Of a stretch of 64,000 nt of DNA, positions 54,493 to 64,000 are shown piece by piece. The stretch covers positions 98,146,001 through 98,210,000 of the forward strand of contig OX597815.1 of assembly GCA_951406725.2 (NCBI GenBank). The letters run 5' to 3'. Every line of letters begins with the position of its first letter. Position 1 is the first letter of the stretch. Both the position numbers and the translations under genes were made by a program. Origin of the DNA: Octopus vulgaris (taxonomy: Eukaryota). Under the pieces are notes generated by a model. That model was not told where the DNA came from, did not search any database, and was given only the letters and a program-made list of their open reading frames with translations.

Positions 54493-55269
54493 GTCTATAT
54501 ACAAATGTAAATGCTCATGAACAAACACGGGCGCTCACACATATATGAACGCGGGGTTTAAGCTTCATTAAGAATTTGCGGGGTTCGCTTCGTAACCAAG
54601 TGGTGTCGAGTAACATCAAGTTCACGATACCTATGGTAAAGATATCCACTAGCATGTTCTGTAGTTGACCAACGCATTGTCAGTGAAATTTGGCAAAGGG
54701 ATATAGCAGCAAAGTCTTGTCGTATGTGCGACCCTACCGAAACTACTTGATAAGAAGGATGGTTTTTACAGGAAGAAATGCAAAACCTGTCAAAGGGTGG
54801 ATGAACTCAGTAAAGTCAACAACCGTCTCAGAGACTAAGATCCCTACTGTTCGTTTAGACATCTCTCTAGATAAAGGAAAACTCAGATATACTACTAACG
54901 ACTTCGTACAGAAGGGATATAGAATAGTTATTTTGTGACAAAGAAGAGAGTGGGATAGGCCATGCTTTAAGACTTGCCACTTTTAAAAACCCTTCAAGTC
55001 AAGGTATTACTTAGTTGTTAACAGCTTTATCATTATGTGCTGCATGCTATGGTAAATCGTTGCCGAGAAAGGGAAGACACTAGAAAAAATCCATGAACGA
55101 ATGGAGGTATGTGTCAGTGAAGGTAATGAAGTCTCTGAATGCTTACTGCAAGAGGTGTCTCTCTTTGTCACACCTAGCAGGACTGAGAAACCACCTCAAA
55201 ATCGAGTTGCAGCCAACCTGTTTGTATATATGTGTCAATGTCTGAAGGCATGTACATATATGTATATAT

Positions 55270-56391
55270 GGCAAAGAATTCATCAAGCTATCTTTTTCCG
55301 TCATCCAAGGAATTGAAATTTTTACCATTAAGACTATTCTGCAGAGACCTAAATAAGTGGAAATCCGAAGGAGCAATATCTGGTGAATATGGAGGGTTGG
55401 GTAACACATCCCAGCCAAGCTGCAGCAATTTTTGTCTGGTTCCCAAAGAAACGTGCGGCTTTGCATTATCCTTTTGGAAAACAACACCCTTCCTGTTGGC
55501 CAATTCTGGACGTTTCTCTTGAATTTCTGCTTTTAACTAGTCCAGTTTTGTGCAGTATTTCTCAGAATTAATTGTCTAGTTACTTGGGAGAAGCTCATAG
55601 TACAGAATTCCTTTCCAATTTCACCAGACACAAAGCAAGACTTTTTTTACGGTGGAGACCCGCTTTTGGAGTGGCTAAGGTTGGCTCATGTCGCTTACTC
55701 CAGGATCGCTTTCTCTGAACATTTCGGTAGATAATCCATTTCTCATCATCCACCTGTCACAATTTGCTTTAAAAAAGGCGTGTTTTCATTCCGTTTATAA
55801 AGCGAATCACAGATGGAAATGCGATCCAAAAGGTTCTTCTCACTCAACTCATGTGATACCCAAACATCGTAGTGATCTGTGTACCCAAGCTTTACCAGGT
55901 GCTCATGAACGACGGATTTTGATAGGTTGAGGCTTTCTGCCCATTCTCGGGTTGTGCAATGTGGGTTATTCTCAATTAATGACTTGATATCATCATCATC
56001 TGTAGCAGATGGTCTGCCTGATCGCTCTTTATCAATAAGGCTACAATCTCCAGCTCGGAACCTTGCGAACCGCCTCCGTACAGTTCTTTCGGATAAAGAA
56101 ACATCACCGTAAACTGCACATATTTCTTTGGTTGCTTGTGAGGCATTTTTCCCCTTTACGGAAAAAGAAAGTCATCAAGTGCCGAAAATAAACTTTCTTA
56201 TCTTCCATTTTAAAGAGGTTACAGAATTTACACAGGTTATAGGAACATAAACCTTCTTCCACGAGAAGATAGCTTAAACTGTGCTCTAAATCGAGGTGTA
56301 GTCAAATCCTATTTTATGGACTCAATCATGTTCAAAAATAAGTCGAAAGGTAAGCTATTATAAACCGGCACGAACTTTCCGGACAACCCTA
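55270..56391 (-). mobile_element. 3'-truncated mariner (mellifera-subfamily-like) with disrupted transposase starting at 56208
   Basis: 5' TIR tagggttgtccggaaagttcgtgccggttt next to (TA)n. Peptides MEDKKVYFRHLMTFFFRKGENASQATKEICAVYG..RSGRP and VVFQKDNAKPH...LGWDVLPNPPYSPDIAPSDFHLFRSLQN; stops and frameshifts present. Confidence 0.93.
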
Positions 56392-57166
56392 TATATATAT
56401 GCCATTGTATGCATGAGTCTGTGTGTATATATATGCGTGTGTATGTCATTGTGTGTTTGCGTGTATGCATAAAAACATGCATACAGGTATGTTTGGATAC
56501 ATGTATGCACGCATGAAGGTACATGTCAATTTAGGCAATGTATATATTGGAAAGATTAAAACTTCACCCAGAAACTTTCAAAATGGAGAGTCTGAACAAC
56601 AAAACACTGTGACATTTACGTCGTGTTTACATGTGTTTTAGTGCAGATAATAAGGCTGAGATGTAGGGATGTTAGAATTATATCAAGCGATTCTAAGTAA
56701 TTCAGTCTTACAATCTTTAAAAATCGCGTCTTAGTATTGTATAAGTAAATATTTTCACTACAAACTTTCCAGTTTTCTTGTGTGTATGTGTATGTGTGGG
56801 GGGGGGGGGGGGTGTTTGTGCACGAGAGAGAGAGAGAGAAAGAAAAGCAAAAAAAAAAAAAAGAGACAAAAACAAGAAAAGGTGAGTGAAAGAAAGCAGA
56901 AACTGCACAGATATCCATGAACCAGCTTGGATGATACATTAATGTGCAGGAAATTACAATATAACTAATAACCTCATAGATTTTTTCGTTTTCGAAACCT
57001 AACAGTCAGACAAAATAATATTATGAACGTCTAAAATGTGTACAGCTGATACCAGTGAACCATTCGGAAATAGCCTAGCTTGGTTTGAGAAATTAGAGAC
57101 AATCTGGTTTTGTATAAGTATAAATTGTGCACGTGAGCGTCCTATATTCAAACATATCCACCACTA

Positions 57167-60035
<2,869 letters not shown>

Positions 60036-60044
60036 CATATATCT

Positions 60045-60250
60045 ATTCTTTTATTCTTTGATTCTTTTACTTGATTCTGTCATTTGACTACGACCGTACT
60101 CGAGCACCGCATTTAGTCGAAAAAATCGACCCCAGGACTTATTCTTTGTAAGACTAGTACTTATTCTATTGGCTATTATGCCGAACCGCTAGGTTACGGG
60201 TACGTAAACATATCAACATTGCTTGTCAAGCGATGATGAGGGGAGACAAC
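60045..60250 (-). mobile_element. SINE family A 3' half (a matching head lies at about 61443-61610)
   Basis: Reverse complement of the family A tail and body. Confidence 0.8.
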
Positions 60251-60265
60251 ACAAACACACACACA

Positions 60266-60351
<86 letters not shown>

Positions 60352-60352
<1 letters not shown>

Positions 60353-60739
60353 CAGCAGTATCACCCGGTGTTGCTTGGGTTTGTTTCTACCCTTTAGAAT
60401 TGGAATTTTTGAAAAGTAAAAATTTTGCATTATGCAACTTGTTATTCTCTTCAAGTGAACATTTTTCCAGTTGAAATACACCGAAAAATGGTGACACAGC
60501 AGTCAAAAAATCGTAAAAAATAGGGATTTTCATAGAAAAAAAAGCACCTTTTTGATGTAACTAACATTTGGTGTTAACATGCTCCGATTTGAATTTTATC
60601 TTCTACAGAATGAAGAGCAAGCCTTCTATCATACTCTCAATTTTGGTTAACTTGTGCTGCAGGGTCTCGAAGGAGATAGTGTTAGTTGAAGGCTACCAAA
60701 CCTGCCACACACAGACAACTTTAGCTTTATATATATAGA
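60352..60739 (-). mobile_element. Non-autonomous Helitron
   Basis: A|TC start (tctatatatataaagc); degenerate 3' hairpin (reverse complement of agcagtatcacccggtgttgcttggg); homologous to 23003-23247. Confidence 0.75.
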
Positions 60740-61442
60740 TTTGCTACACACTACTTTCCATCCTTAATAATGAAACTTGGTAGATCCAAAAGTTAAACAC
60801 ACAGACACACACACAGACACACAAGTATATAGATTTCTCAACTGGGATTTCAGGGTAGAGTTTCAGGGAGTCGCTGGCGATGTATCGTGATGATCAAAAA
60901 TCCGGCCTGCTAAAATTTGGTTAAAGTGATTCAAACTGCAGACTTAACGCAAAATGGTCACATTTAATTCAAAGCGTTAAAAATGTTATGAAAACAATTG
61001 GTATGTATTCACAAAGTCCAAACGATTAATACGAAAAAACCCTCCAGGCTACATCTCGAAAATTCATTTCTTTGCCGAATTTCTACAATGTTTACGTCGA
61101 TTCGTTTTTATATCTTGATTTTTTATTTTTCATGCAATTTACGCATGCTTGCACGCGTGGTGAACACTGTTCACGTCAAACAGCTGACTGAGTAAAGTTC
61201 CCTATTCAATGCATGGGATAAGGCCTAAACAAACACATTATCGATTTTCGCACTTGCGAGATGAATTTCGGAAAAGAAATAGCGCAGTTCAATTTTCATT
61301 CGCCTAAACTTTAAGTGACCCATTTTTGGTGATTCTACGATTTGTTGGCTAGGAGGATGTGCCGGGAAATTAAACACACACACACATACACACAGATACA
61401 CACACACACACACACAAGTTGAGTTTTATATATATATAAAAA

Positions 61443-61610
61443 CGACAGGCATGTTTCAGTTTCCGTCTACCAAATACACTCACATGGCTTTGGACAGCTG
61501 AGGCTATAGTAGAAGACACTTGCCCAAGGTTCTACGCGATGAGACAAGACGCAGGACCATGTGGTTGAGAAGCAAGCTTCTTACGACACAGACACACCCT
61601 CTCCCCCGCT
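61443..61610 (-). mobile_element. SINE family A head
   Basis: tttcagtttccgtctaccaaat...gaagacacttgcccaagg...ccatgtggttg. Confidence 0.75.
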
Positions 61611-61615
61611 TGTAC

Positions 61616-61685
<70 letters not shown>

Positions 61686-61689
<4 letters not shown>

Positions 61690-62097
61690 GAGAGGAGGCT
61701 AAAATGCTCATAGGCTTACTATGAATGAGCGATTCTAGCTCCTGTGAAATCTGACATGTATTAATTTCAACTTATTTTAATAATAACCACATTGTTTCTT
61801 TCCAGGTAAACTGACATCTGACTGATGAAAGAAAACTACAAAAGTAACTCGTAGCAACATCTTGAAAATAGACAAAATTTAGCGTCCTGATGTCTGAAGT
61901 ACAAGAAGAAAAAAACTATAGCCCTCAATGACATTCATGTTGACAAGGTGATGCTTCACTTTTATGAACAGTGCAAAAGTGGGCATCGAATTCAGGAGGG
62001 AAAGGAGACACAAAATCTAGATATCCTGAAACTGCCACCACCAAGAAAAATATTTATCATATTCACCACATGATGACAGATGACAAGTGATTGACTA
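61686..62097 (+). mobile_element. Decayed mariner 5' fragment (irritans-like N-terminus)
   Basis: Starts after (TA)n. Remnants ALNDIHVD, TVQKWA-EFRR and PETATTKKNIYHIHHMMTDDK. Confidence 0.6.
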
Positions 62098-63026
62098 CAT
62101 GCTCTCTGTGTGTTAGAAGTTTTGAAGATGTTATAGTCCGCCAAACTGATAATAAGAGCTAGGTTTTTATGCTGCAATTGTAAGAGTTTCAATATTACAC
62201 TTCAAAACGGATTTATAAGTCATGTACATGATGCTATTTCATCCTTGATATCCTACAACGAAGTTATGTATAACATTAATTTAAATGACTAAAGTGGCGA
62301 ACAATTGTCCTCAGAGCATGAGGTAGAGTGCTTATAGTAATTGTTTCGGTTTTCTGTGTTCTGAGCTCAAATCCTGCTGAGATTAACTTTGAATTTCCCT
62401 CTGAGTTGATTAATTCATCACCAGTCCTGTACTGCAGTCAATTCTTCTCTTTCTGGCAGTCTTTCTTTCTTACTCCATGGCTTAGTCTCTTGTCGAAGAT
62501 ATTGGCTGTCGTCCGATTTTTCCCCAGAGTTGGATAGATTTCTGGTAAGTGAGAGGGATAATTTTCTAAATGTCTAAAAATGTCGTGTCATAACTGCTCT
62601 CTTATTACTTTTTTTACTCTTTTACTTGTATCGGTCATTTCATTGCGGCCATGCTAGAGCACCGCCTTTAGATGAACAAATGGTGTTCGGACACTCAAAC
62701 GAATTATAAGCATGATAGCGGTGAATACTATTAGATGACACTTGCAGATCTGACTGAAGAGAATCAGGTGTTTTGGTGCTAAATTCGAATTCATGACATC
62801 AGATTAACTGACATCTCTACTGCATCATTTGCAGAGGTAAAACATTATTCTCATTCACTAAAATGATTTTTCCTATCATGCATGTATTAATTTAGTGATT
62901 CTTCTGTGGTTCAGGAGTAGTTAAACTTCTTTTTTAGCGAAGTAGGTGCTAGTATAGATAAATATATTTATATATCATATAAAATCATTAAGAACATTAT
63001 TATTTTTAGGAATAATAATGTTCGTT

Positions 63027-63084
<58 letters not shown>

Positions 63085-63086
<2 letters not shown>

Positions 63087-63437
63087 GCAATATGGCCGAT
63101 ACCGGTGTCGCGTAGCTGGTGCGTAAAAAGCACATTTCGAGCGTTGGGCTCACGGAGGTAATAACAAATGACTGAAATCTTTGACAATATGCCGTGCTTG
63201 AGAAGAAGACCCATCAAGCCAAGAGAAATCGTAGTCGTGGCAGATACTGGTACAACACAAATAAAGAAAAAAAGCATTTATTACACTCGTGGAGTGGTTG
63301 GCGTTAGGAACACATCCAACCGTAGAAACCAAGCCAAGTCAGACTGGAGTATGGTGCAGTCCCACAGATTAGCAAGCCCGGTCAAACCGTCCGACTCATG
63401 CCAGCATGGACAACGCACGTTAAATTATGAGGATAAG
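63085..63437 (+). mobile_element. 3' part of a retroposon with RTE-type tail (SINE or LINE end)
   Basis: ggttggcgttaggaacacatccaaccgtagaaac...ccgtccgactcatgccagcatggacaacgcacgttaaat-tatgagga. Assigned by recalled motif resemblance only. Confidence 0.45.
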
Positions 63438-64000
63438 TAGGTGGATGTCTGCTCCAATTCCTGAAATGCACTATTTCTTTTTTATTCTCCAGAGAAAATA
63501 TAGCCATGTCAAAACCTACAGGATTCGAACAAGGAACGTAAGGGGATAAAACTAAATACTAGGAGGCATTCTTATACCCGCCCTCTAACAATTCTGACAA
63601 ACTACCAGCTTTAAATACAATATTACTTTTAATTCTTCATTGAATAGTAATTTCTTTTTCATTCGGTAGTAAACATCTGCTATGCATCATCCTTCCTCAT
63701 ATTCATAAGTACACATACACACACACATACACACATATATATAAACCGTGAATTTGAAGCATAACTTTTTTATTTATTTATTGGGCTATTGATCGGTTTA
63801 TTCAGTTTATTTCAGGGAGGGGAGAATAGTTTTTCATACGGCCATGTTTAGTTTACTTTTACAATTCCGGAGACCAGGAAACAAGCTTCTTATTCGCTGG
63901 AATCAGTTTTGGCAATGATATAAGCCCCCCTACAATGATTCTATGTTCGGTGAACGGACAGAAAATCTCTATGTGGCAATGTTGATCCCTAGTGGGTCTC

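Overview
Repeat-dominated, AT-rich eukaryotic genomic DNA. The microsatellite load and the SINE, Penelope, mariner and Helitron repertoire suggest an octopus or other cephalopod (inference). No complete host gene is recognisable; only a few short candidate exons are visible, and nearly all ORF-track entries are microsatellite translations. Supported content: two Penelope-like (Neptune-type GIY-YIG) retroelement copies embedded in (TA)n, each with a hammerhead-like motif in its 3' region; three decayed mariners; CR1/L2-type LINE remnants; at least three tRNA-derived SINE families; and non-autonomous Helitrons. The most interesting items are (i) two unrelated non-coding elements with 356-nt and 365-nt repeat periods, each carrying a type I hammerhead ribozyme at the tip of a long rod-like stem (retrozyme-like; one with a compensatory U3-A8 core, the other with an inverted 5' arm and a target-site duplication (TSD)), and (ii) a 2.2-kb ORF1-only (HAL1-like) retroposon inserted with a 15-bp TSD into a SINE. 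Family assignments come from manual translation and motif recognition, not database searches, and many boundaries are approximate.
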